In this document: one piece after another, positions 35,623-48,445 of the stretch
Numbering within the stretch: position 1 is the stretch's first letter
Layout of the letters: every line of letters begins with the position of its first letter
Source: Heteronotia binoei
Taxonomy: Eukaryota
Assembly (NCBI RefSeq): GCF_032191835.1
Contig: NC_083226.1
Location: 103,664,001 to 103,728,000 of the forward strand
Direction of reading: 5' to 3'
Length of the DNA: 64,000 nucleotides
Made by a program: the position numbers and the translations under genes
Notes under the pieces: generated by a model
Database searches by the model: none
The model's input: the letters and a program-made list of their open reading frames with translations, nothing else
Told to the model about the DNA's origin: nothing

Positions 35623-36293
35623 GTTGGTAATGGTGTATTTTTAATTGTTGTCTAAAGCTGATTTTTTTTAAAAAATAGGGCCTATTGAGCAATGGCATTT
35701 CTAAAAACCTTATTGGAGAGGGGCTCAGAATATAATACATACATTCTATGTTGCATTACAATAGTTTTCCTGTTTTGAAAAAGCATATGCATAATAAGTA
35801 GGGTCTTACCAGATTTTGAATACTTAGATAGGGAATTTCATTGGATTCATTTTGTCAGTATTTGGCATGAAAGCAGTGCTCGTAGCTGTAAATGTGAACC
35901 TAACTAGCTGCTAGATAGATGTGAGCAGGAACACTGCTCTGGCTGGCTTGGCATCAAGAGGTGTGGCCTAGTATGCAAAGGAATACCCGCTGGGTTTTTC
36001 CATTAAAAAAGCTCTGGATGGTCATTCCAATAAACAATTTCAAATGTCCCTATTAGACTAAAAGCAAAAAAAAAAGTTAATGTTTAGCAATTCACTTTAT
36101 CTTGAGACTTACATATATGGTTACTTTTAGATATATTTCTATTTTGAAAACACAAGTCTAACTCAGCCTTTATTAGCTAAAGTCTACAACTGTTCTAAAA
36201 TTTCTAAGTATATCGGCAGGACTGACAGGATTAGAACAGGAATTAATTCCTATTCAGTTCTGCATTAAAAACTGTTTTATTTATCCTCTTCAG

Positions 36294-36422
36294 AAGAGAA
36301 ATGGGTCTAAAGACAGCATGATAGAAGACACGACACACACATCCATTAACAACCTGGATGGAAAGCATAGCACAAAGACAATAAAAACTGTACAAGCATC
36401 ACAGCTGAAGATGGAGACCTGA
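36294..36422 (+). CDS. EPB41L4A: EPB41L4A last coding exon (KRNGSKDSMIEDTTHTSINNLDGKHSTKTIKTVQASQLKMET*)
   Basis: ctcttcag| acceptor and TGA at 36420-36422. Matches the human C-terminus ...TIKTIQASRLKTET. Confidence 0.95.
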   Translation, partial: KRNGSKDSMIEDTTHTSINNLDGKHSTKTIKTVQASQLKMET

Positions 36423-39400
36423 TTCCAATGAGTGCTGAATGGATGCCCTCTGAAGGAATTTGTGAATGACACAAAAGTCCAAATACACTTTTGCCAGAAG
36501 ATATGAATCATGAAAGAACATTTGAACTGCTGCTTCATTCCTCTGGAGCACACACTTTTTTTCTCCTTCAGCATTCCCATCAAAAGCAGTGAACGAAAAT
36601 TCAGCTGCTGACATGTTAGCAGTCCTTGTAGGAAAAGCCTGTTTTGAAAAGCTACAGCCACTACATTTCCTAAACCAGATCAGATGAAAGTTTCTTATGA
36701 CAGCCTAGTAACTTCAAGATCAACAGTGTCAAATACTGAAGGTTTGATGCTTTTTCTAAATGTGACATAGTAAATGTTTTCTATGCTGAATGAGAGCAGT
36801 AAATTCTTATGTCTGTACTTCCCCTAGCAATATACCATACGCCAGTGTTTAATCTTTTATTAGAATGACAAAATGAATTCTTCATACAAGTATTGGTTAT
36901 GGGGAGTTTTTCCCAACTATTTTATATGCTGATTTTCAGATTTAAGCATCTCTGTATATAATTTGTAATAGTGACACCACTGCCAAAGCTCCTAGGCATT
37001 TACTTCAATCTGCAGCTTTGCATGAGGCATCTATTATAGTTTAGAACATAGATTTTTTTTAGGAAAGTGTTTTTAATGGATACATCTGAAGCAAGCATTG
37101 CATTCTTTGAAACCTTCCCTGGCTCTTGCTGCTTTGTTTTTTAAGCAACCTGCCCCTTAAAATGTTCCTATACGTTTTAACTGCTGGGAGTTTAAATTTC
37201 AACAAGTCCATTAGTGGTGAAAAGGAGACAGTGACCATTGCAATGGGACAATGCAGGAGAGGAGTCCCTACTGAAGCCCCCCCCCCCCCCAGTAATCAAT
37301 TCTGTTTACCATGCAGCTTAAAGAGAACAGGATTTAGACCAAAATGGGATGTGAGCAAAGCCCTTACAGTCTCAGCTCTCTCACTGTGGGTCTCTGTTCA
37401 TTTTTCTGAACAGTTGTGATGATTTTTAGTTTAATTGTTTAAGCTTTGTGTCTGACAACTAACAGTAACATGACATGAAGGGGGGAGGAAATATTACTTA
37501 GAACGGAACCATCAGAGCAAAACCTCTGTAAGAAAAATTGTAAAAATCAGTACAGAAATACTGTGGATGTACTTGCATTTAATATGACTTTCCCCATGAG
37601 ACAGTGCCATGGAAAACATGCTGTTTTCAAGGGTGTTACTAATGGCATTTCCCTGTTAGTGTAACGTCTCTGCAAACTCAGCAGCTTGTTTTCCAATATG
37701 CACAAAAACTAAGCCACATTTCATTTTAGAATTGGTTAGTTAATAAGAGAACAGTCAAATCAAAATTAAGCATTTCATATTTATTCAGTGAGAAACACTC
37801 AAATATATACGTTTACTCAAATTATAAACATTTGGTGAATTTTTCCAACTGAAATGAACAGACCACATGCTGAGGGGGCAGATCACAACATTTTCTCATT
37901 ACTTTGTACTTTTCTAACTCCGTGACCTCTGTTGGTATCATGCTTACCAATCTTAGCAGTTTACATAATTTTGTCTGCAGGATATATGATAATTCTATTG
38001 TGATATAAAAGTTAAGTGGTTGTTTTTCCCAACTTCTTATGAGATCTTGTCATACATTCCTTTAATATAATCCAAAAGATCTTCAGTGTTTTCATGGACT
38101 GTAAATGTCACCAGAAGAACCTGTATTGCTAAAATTGCTTGTTATTTAGTAAATCTGTGTGTCTGTCTCACAATAACTACCACAATGAAATTATGCCTGT
38201 AGCTGTCTGCAGGCTTCTAAAAAGAAGACTGCAGATTCTGCCATCTGGCCACATCCCTACTACAATGTTTATTAAGCCAGATGTATATTGCTGATAGTAA
38301 CACACCCTGTCCAGGACTTTGCTTACTGGAAGCTATTATTCTGTTACACCTAAAGAAAGGTGTGGCTGCCAAAGGATGCTTCACAGCGGCTTGATGTGAA
38401 TATTTCTCATTCACCAAATTGTAAATTAGTTGTTCTATTTGGCCAAGGAAACTTGTGGCCAAGTATCACACATCTGTTTCAAGCCAAACTCTGACTGGTG
38501 ATTCTTTAAACAAGTTCCTCTAAACTCAGAATGTCTCAATGTCTTACAGCACTACAGATACAACAGCAAATCAAGGCTGGCCATTAAGTGAATAGGTCAG
38601 AGGAATACTCAGTCTCTTGGGCTATCCTTTTACTCTTCCCTTGCTACTCTTTAAAATGCTTCACAATGTAAGAAGCAGTGGTATGACAGACCATTGGAGT
38701 TACATTTTTTGTTCCCTGTACTAATCCTGAATATTGTCTGGTCATTGCTGATGCTCTTTCAGTGGGTTACGCCAATGAAGTTATACAGTCCAAACCATTT
38801 TTAATCACAAGCTTCTCAAATACTTAGAAAATTTCCTCTGCAATGGTTCAAGTATGCAGCTCTTCACTCACTAAAACCTTTTCCTCAATAAGGATGATCA
38901 AAACACTCCTAAGTTGCAGCATTAGTAGAGTCATCCAACTGTACTGCAAGCTTGCTAGTTTAACATCTTATCATCTGAGATCACAGAAACAATAGGACTA
39001 ATGGTATTTGAAGAGCAATAGCATGCGTCTTACCGTATGCTCTCCTATAACTGCTTTCACCAGCTCTATTGTGACTTTTTTAGCTTTTGCCATATGTAAA
39101 GCTAACATAGAAGATGCAGCAGAACTCAGCCATTTTAACGAGCAAATAACTGATGTTGTTTCATTTGCTCATTTTTGCACTGTACAAGCTCAGCTGGTTT
39201 TGTCATGGGTTCATGTGCTTAGTTTTAACGTTTTGCATCAGCCTTGATAATTTCATATGAGCAATAGCTACCATCCTCTAAGTATGTCACTGTGGTTTTA
39301 CAACAGGATTCCAGCACAGAAAGGGGTATCCTTCAAGTCAGCTTCATGTTGGTCTGAAAGGTGAAAGAGAACACATTGATATGCTGTCCAGTTGGTCCCA

Positions 39401-40094
39401 CAACCCCAACTTGATATTTTCAAATTTGAGATCAATGTTGTTAAAGTTGTATATTTCAAGTAGCAGAGTATTTTGTCCTCCTTATAGATGAAAAGGGACT
39501 GGAACCTGTGTTTCATACATCCAATTGCAGAACTAAACTCATCACACTGGATCAGAAACAGAATTCCCAGGAATAAGACAGATCAGACTTCAGACACCCA
39601 GATGATCCAAAGCAGATGTGCCAAATTTTCACCCTGAGAAGCATTCCCTCCATGTTTTCCAAGGGCTTCCATGGATCAAGTCAGAACCTAGCAAGCACTA
39701 GCTAGGTAAAATACATAGGTACAGGGCCTAAAGATTTGGAAGTTTATTTAGACCAGATAATTCCATAGGGACTATTCTTGTAAAGAATTCCCACCCTAGC
39801 AAGCTGACACACAAGTTTTAATAGGATATACATTGTTACATGCACAGTAAGCCAAACAGTTAAATTATACAAAAGAGCCTGGTGTGAAATATTTGGAAAA
39901 CAACTCCTATCTTTACTGGTTCTGTAGTTAGCATATTCCGTTAAGATAGCAAGCATGCTTCCTTCCTTCACCCAGCTATCTACATGCCGATTAGTCTTCA
40001 TGGACCTGCTTATGAGAGTAAAGGTCCTGGAACTACTAGTTATGTGAATACTAAAAAGTTATCCAACCCCAAAAGCTAATAAATGCCTTTAAAA

Positions 40095-40370
40095 GAAGAA
40101 TTGCAGATTTATACCCCCGCCCTTCTCCCTGAATCAGAGACTCAGAGCAGTTTACAATCTCCTGTAGCTTCTTCCCCCCACAACAGACACCCTGTGAGGT
40201 AGGTGGGGCTGAGAGGAATCTCACAGCACCTGCCCTTTGAAGGACAACCTCTGCCAGACCTATGGCTAACCCAAGGCCATTCCAGCAGGCGCAAGTGGAG
40301 GAGTGGGGAATCAAACCCAGTTCTCCCAGATAAGAGTGTGCACTTAACCACTACACCAAACTGGCTCTCT
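40095..40370 (-). mobile_element. Squam3-like SINE
   Basis: Full head-CORE-tail structure homologous to 18927-19200. Confidence 0.82.
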
Positions 40371-40970
40371 TAAAGCCTTAAAAGAGTAGTTGACTGTGGA
40401 ATTAATTATTTTGGAGGCTAACAAAAACTAATAATCTTTTTGAACAAAGTAATGTGATCTTTACATGCACCAACCAAAAACAATAGCAAAAAAAGCTTTT
40501 GAATTCTGATTAGGTTGGATGTTCAATACAAAAACCCCTTTTTGCTGGGGCTTCGGAGTGAAAATTAAATGTTATTTCAGGGCATGGTGGAAAGAACACC
40601 CCCCGCCTGCAACCTGGAGTTTTAAAATAGAATATAGGATGTGATGCAGACTTAATTACATTAGTTAATGCTGGATTCAGAAGTTTTCAAATTGTACAAA
40701 AAATAGCCTAGCTAGGCCAAGGAAGAAGAGAGGAGATAACAGGGAATCTCCCTGTGTGTCTCAAATGAAATAGTTTGATGAAATCTAGCCAGAAATGCTA
40801 CAACCATATAGAATATTCTCTAATTCAATGCTACCTTAGAGTAAGGATCTGGATTAGAACCACAGGGTTCCTTACATTTCAAGTCTCATGCTATAAAATA
40901 AGCTTGTACATACATAAATGGCTGCAGCTTTCCCACTTGCTCAGGAAGATAACAGTTCTTTTACATAAGG

Positions 40971-41098
40971 GTATGTTCTGGCTGAAATGCAGAGAAGGTA
41001 CATGACCAACTCCTAAACACATAACAGCTAGATTTACTGTATGCCTTTTCTGACACCACATTCATTGGAGAAAATAATGAATGGGCAACACAAAGGCA
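40971..41098 (-). ncRNA. SNORA13: H/ACA snoRNA SNORA13-like, copy 1
   Basis: 5' hairpin GCCTTT-GTGTTGCC-CATTCATT..AATGAATG-TG-GTGTCAGA-AAAGGC. H box ACAGTA 14 nt from the pocket; ACA box followed by 3 nt. The pocket is complementary to 18S UUUGAC-U-CAACAC. Syntenic with EPB41L4A. Confidence 0.88.
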
Positions 41099-41163
41099 AA
41101 ATTAAAACATGTCAATTAAACATTAGACACTAGATTCAGCCTATCCAGAATCTTTTGACATAC

Positions 41164-41220
41164 CTGTATTCTGAAACATAACATTCATCATCCAAAACTG
41201 TGGGTGGACTTTGCCTGCCT
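41164..41220 (-). ncRNA. Probable internal exon of the snoRNA host lncRNA
   Basis: - strand tttgtttttttcag| acceptor and CAG|gtatg donor, 65 nt upstream of SNORA13 copy 1. Confidence 0.6.
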
Positions 41221-41829
41221 CTGAAAAAAACAAACAAATGGACAATGAAGTAATTAATCATTTTTTAGTATTGCTGCACATAGTTTAGAATCATTAGCAA
41301 TGTGGTCCGTTAAAACAACCCAAAGCAACTCCTTCAGCTGAAGTTAATTACTTAATGCAAGCCTGGAATGAGATAAATATACCAAAGTAGTTAGCACATC
41401 TTAAAAACAAAGCTGTGTTTCTTGGTGGGAGATATTGGTGTCTGCCTGGGGTAGCTGCTGTACATGAGTTAGAAACAAAAGTGTACATGCTACACAGCTT
41501 CAATATGAATTATTCACCCTTAAAACTAGGACAGAATCTCTGGAACAGAGTGCATATCCAACACAATTTTTCTGAGTGGTAAAGAACAGCAGCAGAGATT
41601 TGCTCTGAAACAAAGCTGTGGTGGGGATTTGAAATAACCCACATTGATCTCAGTGGGATTAGTTTTCCTTCCTTGTTCCATCTTACTATTGGAAACTAGA
41701 CAAGGAATTCCCAAAATGCAAGGAACAAAAAGCCTCTCTAAGAAATCCAGATTTTCTCATTTTAACCCTTTGCTTGTCTGGAGAACCTAGCAAGTATTCT
41801 CTTACTGCAGGAGAGCCCTTAGTATTTTA

Positions 41830-44560
41830 AGTTTTTTATTAAGTTTAAGCAGAAGGGGAGGGGGGAAGAGGGAGCAATACCAAAGAAAAATAAAATATAC
41901 ACGCTACAGTTATTTCTACTAAAGAAAAAGATTCATTATACTTGCAAGCTACCGTATCTTAACCAAATATTACCATTAAATTCCACAAACGTTTTGTGAC
42001 CTTTTGTGATTTCTTATAGTTCTGTTAATCAAATTATAGATCATATCCATTTGTCCTTAATACCTATAAGAAGAAAGAAGGAAACGAAAAGAGGAAGGAA
42101 AAGCAACAAACAGAATAATTAAAAACAAGAAAAAAGGAAAATGTAAAGGAGGAAGTGAGGGAAGATTTTTAGTCTGTCATACAAGCCCATTACTACCAAA
42201 AAATAAGATAACTTCACAATACAACCATTTGACTAGCTATATTAATGAGAATTCCAAGCAAAACATGAAAAGCGGATCTCCAGTGTTATACAGCATATCT
42301 AAGATACCATAAATTGACAACACTAAAGCAAACACTAAAAAAGTTATTCAAAATTAAACATTCTTGGAGACAACATATGCTGAAGTGCCATAATACTTAT
42401 AGAGAGAGGAGAGAAAACAAGAAGTCTTAATCTACCATACAGGCTTGTTTACTACTCAAGAAAGAGAGAATGCTTAATTATGGCATAACTTCCACTAAAT
42501 TGCTTTAACCAAATCTAAACAAAAAAATCACTAAAATAATTCTTTACATAGCTAAAATTTCATCTAACTTACTATAAGCCAATAGAAATACATATCTCTT
42601 GAATACTATTCAAATTAATTTAAATTATTAGGGACAATGCATACCCAATATTCAAACATATGTAAAAGCAGAAAAATACATTCAAAAATGTCAAAACAAA
42701 GATGCTTCCAAACTGTGATCTTAACTTCTAATTTGTAAATAATACTTCTAGGTTCACTGAGGATTTAGCTTCTAAAATAAAATATAAAATATTCCTTTAG
42801 CTATTTAAAATATTTAATTCTCTATAGTTTGTTATTAGCTATTGTTTTATCCTTTTAATATTTTCTCCCCAGTATGCTTTAAGTTTTTTAAAAAACACCC
42901 TTTATAAAAAAACGCTTATAAAACCTTCCCTATATCTTTGATATCACAATTTCCTAGACTCCAGCCTATTTTTCCATCCAGTTCCCTATTTTAGGTCCAT
43001 ACAAACCTACAAATCCCCTTATACCATCTTTTTATACCATACAATTGAAAAATATAAAAAAATGAGAAAGCCCTAAAGATCCAAATTTCCATCTCAAAAT
43101 AATACACCAATTCCATGAAGATATGACAGTGTTAATCAAATGAAGATGCCAGAGCTCATAGTCTTTTCTTCTTAAAAGCTTTCCAAGTTTTAATTGTCCT
43201 AGAGATTGCCACAGAACTGTGGATTTATGTTGAATCTGCCAATTCTCCCCTTAAGTTGCTCATCAATTCAACAAGAAGCATTGAAGCCAAAACAAAGTCA
43301 CTCCCCTTTGTGTTAATCTTGATAGGTTGTAGTTTGGATTTCTGCTATGAAACTGCATATATCACTTCCATTTTGAGTTCACACAAAACATTTCAGATAC
43401 TTGTTTGTTCACTTTTCCCAGCTTATTAGGAAGATCTTGATCGTCTTGGTCTATCTGCTCCTGTATAATATCAGCCTCATTACGTTTAACCAGAAACTTC
43501 TGCACCCGTTCTGTTATCAACTCCTCTAAGAAACCAATTCCCTGTTTTATAGAGAATATGAAAGCCATAAAGTCTTTTGGATAATCCGTTTTTACTTGCA
43601 GTGTCATCTTTCCACAAAATAATTCAGTTTAATAGTGAAAGATAATGATGATGATATTGGATTTATATCCTGCCCTCCACTCCGAAGAGTCTCAGAGCGG
43701 CTCACAATCTCCTTTACCTTCCTCCCCCACAACAGACACCCTGTGAGGTGGGTGGGGCTGGAGAGGGCTCTCACAGCAGCTGCCTTTCAAGGACAACTAT
43801 GCCAGAGCTATGGCTGACCCAAGGCCATGCCAGCAGGTGCAAGTGGAGGAGTGGGGAATCAAACCTTGTTCTCCCAGATAAGAGTCCGCACACTTAACCA
43901 CTACACCAAACTGGTGTAGCTGAATAATACCTCAAAGTCCCAAATTAACAAATCCTTCCAAATCTCCACTTAAGATATTTTTCTCTTACATTCCAGTTTG
44001 AATCAATTCAGTCCCAATAAGTCCTCAAATGCACTTCCCCCTTTTAACATCACAGTCAGCCTTTGTTCAAGTTGTAATATATGTTGTTTAGTTTAAACCA
44101 AGACAGCCCAAATCTGTTCGTTCTTTTCTTTTGGAAGCCTCTCTTATTGGGGGGGGGGTTCGCCTCCTCCTCCTCTTTCAGAACAGTCCAAGTTGGTTTT
44201 GTAATGAGGATTTCAGTGTTCTGATAGTAGTAGAAAAGATGCTTTGAAAGATCATTAGCATGAAAAAGAGAAGAAGCCAGTGGTCATCTGTTACCATTCA
44301 GAAATGGTGATCAAAGCAGCGGGGCATCTAGACAGCTGCTCAGGGTCGCCACCAAACTCCAGAGCCTTGTCAATCTGCTTGCCTCTCAAGACCCTCCCTG
44401 GGCCTTGGAGTAAAGTCTCCCTGCCAGAAGACTCTCCCCCAGCTGCCAGATTTACGAGCAGCTGCTGGGAGTGAGTCCGGGGCTGCTCCTAATGCTGAGA
44501 TGCCAAGACCGGAAGTCTCAACAGGGAGAGCCTGCAGGAGAGCCCTTGAATAGCTTTTTG
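41830..44560 (-). mobile_element. Heavily decayed L1-like LINE, interrupted by a SINE at 43650-43915
   Basis: A-rich sense strand and L1 ORF2-like remnants with C-terminal similarity to 51600-51810. Boundaries are approximate. Confidence 0.55.
43650..43915 (-). mobile_element. Squam3-like SINE
   Basis: Homologous to 40095-40370, with an (ATC)n-type tail. Confidence 0.85.
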
Positions 44561-44989
44561 ATCAACTACAGGGATAATGTGAATGACTATGAATATCGAA
44601 GAGGCCTCTAGCTATTGCTGAAGCCTCATGGACACAAACACAACAGCATACCAGCTGCTTCCTTTCTCTCCCATGACAACAAAATGGGTCAACTGAGTCA
44701 CCTGGCATCTCTGGGCTAGAGAATTCTGTCTTTAGTTCCGCATCTTCTCAGCAACCCTACTGAAGAGTCATTAGCTCCTTTCATCTAAGCAAGAGAGCCA
44801 TCCACGTAGCAATGTGTAACAGCACTGAGGCTTCCCAGGTGGAACAGCCCTAGTAATGGGTGTGTTACAGATTGTGTAAGTTGTAAAGGGCACAAGACAT
44901 CCTACTGGATTAATCTTTGTTTCAAGTGCACAGTGTAAGTTAGGAAAAGAACCAAGATTGCCCAACAGACAGCTTTAAAACCAATGGTT

Positions 44990-45118
44990 TTATGTTTGAT
45001 TTAGATGCAGACAGACAACTCCTAGCATGGGAAAAAGCTGCAAGGGGGAAGCTTGTTTTGTGCCTTCTCAGACACCACATTCACTAGTAGCCATGATGAA
45101 TAGGCAACACTGAAGGCA
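44990..45118 (-). ncRNA. SNORA13: H/ACA snoRNA SNORA13-like, copy 2
   Basis: GCCTTC-AGTGTTGCC-TATTCA..GTGAATG-TG-GTGTCTGA-GAAGGC. H box AAAACA 14 nt from the pocket; ACA at 44993-44995. Confidence 0.82.
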
Positions 45119-46349
45119 GCGGGTACAAACAAAAAATGCACACTGTATGAACATTCAGAGAATAAGTGCCCTTCTCCACACTGTCATTCTCTACTAGAGG
45201 GAGCCAAACTGTGGCTCGGGAGCCATATGAGGCTCTTTCACACACATTGTGTGGCTCCTGGAGGTCAAGGAGGAACTTAATACAGGCTTACTTTCAAGTA
45301 AGCATGCTTAGCATTGGGACCTCTGTCAGCCTCTGAGTGCTGACCCAAAGGTAGGCAACTATTTCCACGATGTGTGAAACAGGGAAGGAGGGGGGAACAG
45401 GCAGGCATGCAAGTTCTTTTCTTCCACCAGAGAGGTTGTCCAGAGACCTAGAGTAGGGAAAGAGTGCAAGAGCCAAGGAAGCCTATGGAAGGAAGGATGA
45501 AATTAAAGAGGGTGGTATAGGGTTCCCCCATAGTTTCACATATCTTGTAGGGACTGTATTTACTAACCTTGGTGTCAAGGCAAAGAGAGATGCACAATGA
45601 TGCAAACAGTAGTCACTGATTTATATGGTACATATGTTTCATTTTCAGATGGTGCCAAAAATAATTCTCTAACCTTTCCCTATGCTGGTCTTATGGTGAA
45701 TGCTATTACCAGCTTTTGTTTTTTAAGAAGTCTCCTTCTAGCTTGGTCATGTTGTATTTTATCGTTCTGTGCAAAGAAAGTATTAAAAATTTTTATTAAA
45801 CCGGTGTGTGTAGTATTTGTTCATGTTTTGTGGCTCTCAAACATCTGACATTTATTTTATGTGGCTCTTACAAGTTTGGCCACCTATACTTATTTGAGTG
45901 ACTACTCTCCAGCTAACATCCCATAGCTCCTACCAGAGAACAAACTGATTCAGAGCTCTCCAGCCATGGTACAGCATGCCACTACTTCCTGTAAAGGGGC
46001 CCTCCTAAGGCCTAGTTTAAATCTGAAGCAGGAGGTGGAAGTGAACACTACATGATGGACTCAGTGCAGTAGATATAGCATAAGATTATGATGCAGGAGA
46101 CCCATATCTGAATCCCTGTTCTGCCATCAAACTTGCTGGATAACCTTGCACTACTCACTCTCAGTCTAACCTACCTAAACAGGGTTATTATAATGCTGGC
46201 TTCGGTCCAATTAGGGAGAAAAGTGCTTATGAATATATAAGTAATTATTTAAGCTGTAACAAGAAATGCATTAAAAAAACCCACACAAAATAAAACTCTT
46301 AAACAGCAGACAGCCAACTGCATTAGGACTTTTATGCTAGGAATACTGT

Positions 46350-46750
46350 GCCTCTGCCCTAACCAGAATTGTCCAGACCAGTGTTCCCTCTAAGCTGAGT
46401 TAGCATGAGCTAATGATTTTTAGCCTCCAGCTCACATATTTTTGTTTTCGCTCAGGGATGACCCTAGAGCACAATAATTTATGAAGTGGCTCACAACTTT
46501 AATGTCAGTAGCTCACAAAGTAGGGCTTCTGCTCACAAGATTCTGCAGCTTAGAGGGAACATTGGTCCAGACTAGCCCATTTTAATCTAAGCGGTCAGCC
46601 CTATTTAATACTTGGATGGGAGACCACCAAGGATGTCCAACTTCGTTATGCAGAGGCACACAATGGCAAAACACCTTTGTTTTGATTCTTGTCTTGAAAA
46701 TTCTAAAGGGTCACCATAAGTAGACAGCAGCTTGATGGCACTTACCACCA
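46350..46750 (+). mobile_element. 5S rRNA-derived SINE (5S-Sauria-like), interrupted by a hAT MITE
   Basis: 5S box C-like TAATACTTGGATGGGAGACC followed by a BovB/RTE-like tail (GGGTCACCATAAGT...GATGGCAC). Confidence 0.72.
46379..46564. mobile_element. hAT MITE
   Basis: TIRs CAGTGTTCCCTCTAAGCTG / CAGCTTAGAGGGAACATTG. Perfect 8-bp TSD GTCCAGAC (46371-78 and 46565-72). Confidence 0.9.
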
Positions 46751-47299
46751 CTATGTTATGTTTACATACTACATACACCAAACTTAAGGCATGATTTAAA
46801 TACAATACTGGCTGAGGACCCATTAAACTAAACTACAACCCATAAAAATCAGTGATGCATGCTTAACTGACAGCCTAGAGTGCGGTACTGCATGGACAAA
46901 TTGTCCCGATGTGCTTTGCACGGGTGGCAGCTTAGTTTAGAGCAACTAACATGAGTGCAAAGATGCACAAAGAAATTATTTTGCTTCACCAGCATCTTAC
47001 ATCAGGAAACTCAAGGGGAAGGGGGACCAGATGCAAGTCAATTTTACTTCTCCACACCCGCCCGCTCCACGTGGATACCCTGCCTTAAGAGCCTATACAG
47101 GGAGCAGGGAGCATCTACATCAATCGGGTGTGAATCAAATTCTTGTATGTTTATCTATAGAGAAGTCCCTCCGCAAATACGAAACTTGTATAATACAGTG
47201 AAAACGAAAATATTGCATGTTCCGGATGCGCTAGGTTGTTTTTATCATCATTATTGAAATGAAATAAAGTCAGACATTATTTATACTCAGTACTCATTC

Positions 47300-47900
47300 A
47301 AGAACGCCGCACCCTTCATGATCAATGGTGGTAACGCTCCCCCTCACCGCCAATTCCACCATCGAGTTACGACTCTACTGTTCGCAGCCACTTACGAGTG
47401 TCGCCCAGGGCACCACAAAACCGTAGGCTGCACGTGTGGCCTCCGCCGTTAGCTGACTGTTTTTCAGGACTGCCGCCCCACACGCCTATAAGCCACCTAC
47501 CTCCAACACAGCCCCGCCAGCCGCCTTCAGCCTGCACCACGAGGGAAAAGAACGCTTCTCCCCGCTCACTTCCCTATATGCTCTGCATCGGGACAGACCA
47601 TTATTTCTGGAAGGGTGGGGGGAGCAGGGCGGACGACATCACGCCCGGCCGAAGGAGGGCAACATACCAGCCCCTTCCCGGGAGAGGGCGGAGGCACGGG
47701 ATGTGCCAAATAAATGTGAATATCGCCCTGTTTCACAATCAAGAGGACAAGGCGGAATGTACCAACTGCGCTTTCCCCTTTTAAGGGAAACGTCAAAAGG
47801 GTGGGACGGCGGGGTTAAAATAAGGTCACGGAAGGCGCCTCGCTGATTCGACCGCAAAGCTGAGCAAATGAGACTGGCTTGATGCTGTTTAGCGTGAGAC
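47300..47900 (-). promoter_or_regulatory. CpG-island promoter with a TATA-like box and TCT/5'TOP initiator
   Basis: CpG-rich island. The - strand has CATATAGG (47580-47573) 30 nt upstream of C(+1)TTTTCCCTC at 47550, plus GC boxes and a GGAAGTG ETS site. Confidence 0.75.
47501..47550 (-). ncRNA. EPB41L4A-AS1: Probable first exon of the SNORA13 host lncRNA (EPB41L4A-AS1 positional ortholog)
   Basis: 50-nt exon from the 5'TOP start to a GAG|GTAGGT donor, on the same strand as and upstream of both snoRNAs. Confidence 0.62.
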
Positions 47901-48253
47901 GAACCTGTGGTTGTTTCATACGCCAGCTGCGGCTCCTTTTTCTGATTTTGGTGCCTGAGGATTGACTTTTCATTCATCAAATGTAATTTTGTTGCACTCA
48001 AAATTTATTTGCTATATTTGCAATGACATATTTAATAGAGTTAATATTACTTGATTAGATGTGTATGTTGGTGGGGTAGGGCATTCCGTAATGTAACTGC
48101 GAATGAGGCGGTCTGTAAACCTTGGAGTAACACTGGGGTGTCTTGAGAGGGTAGAGTTGGCTGCATCCACGTTGCCTTTTCCACCACAGTCTCTTGCCTC
48201 GGGCCTGTAAAGTCTGTGACATAACAAGGGTTCAACAGAAGGATGTGAGTATG

Positions 48254-48445
48254 GTTGCCAACCTCCAGGTGGAGCCTAAGGAACTCACAGAATTACAAGT
48301 GATTTTCAGACTACAGAGATCAGTTCGCCTAGAGAAAATGGATGCTTGGGAGGATGTACTCTATAAAACCCTGAGGTCCCTCCCCTCCCTAAATCCTGCC
48401 TTCCTTAGGCTCTGGGAGTTTCCCAGCCTAGAACTGGCAATCTGG
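48254..48445. mobile_element. hAT-Blackjack-type MITE remnant (GGTTGCCAAC family)
   Basis: Homologous to 56520-56680 and 59160-59320. Confidence 0.6.

Noticed and set aside
46573-46630. 5S rRNA gene
   Set aside because: It is a partial, diverged 5S match followed by an RTE-derived tail, so it is a SINE head.
47100-47255. Possible C/D snoRNA in host intron 1 (TGATGA on the - strand at about 47250)
   Set aside because: There is no D box (CTGA) at a plausible distance and no terminal stem.
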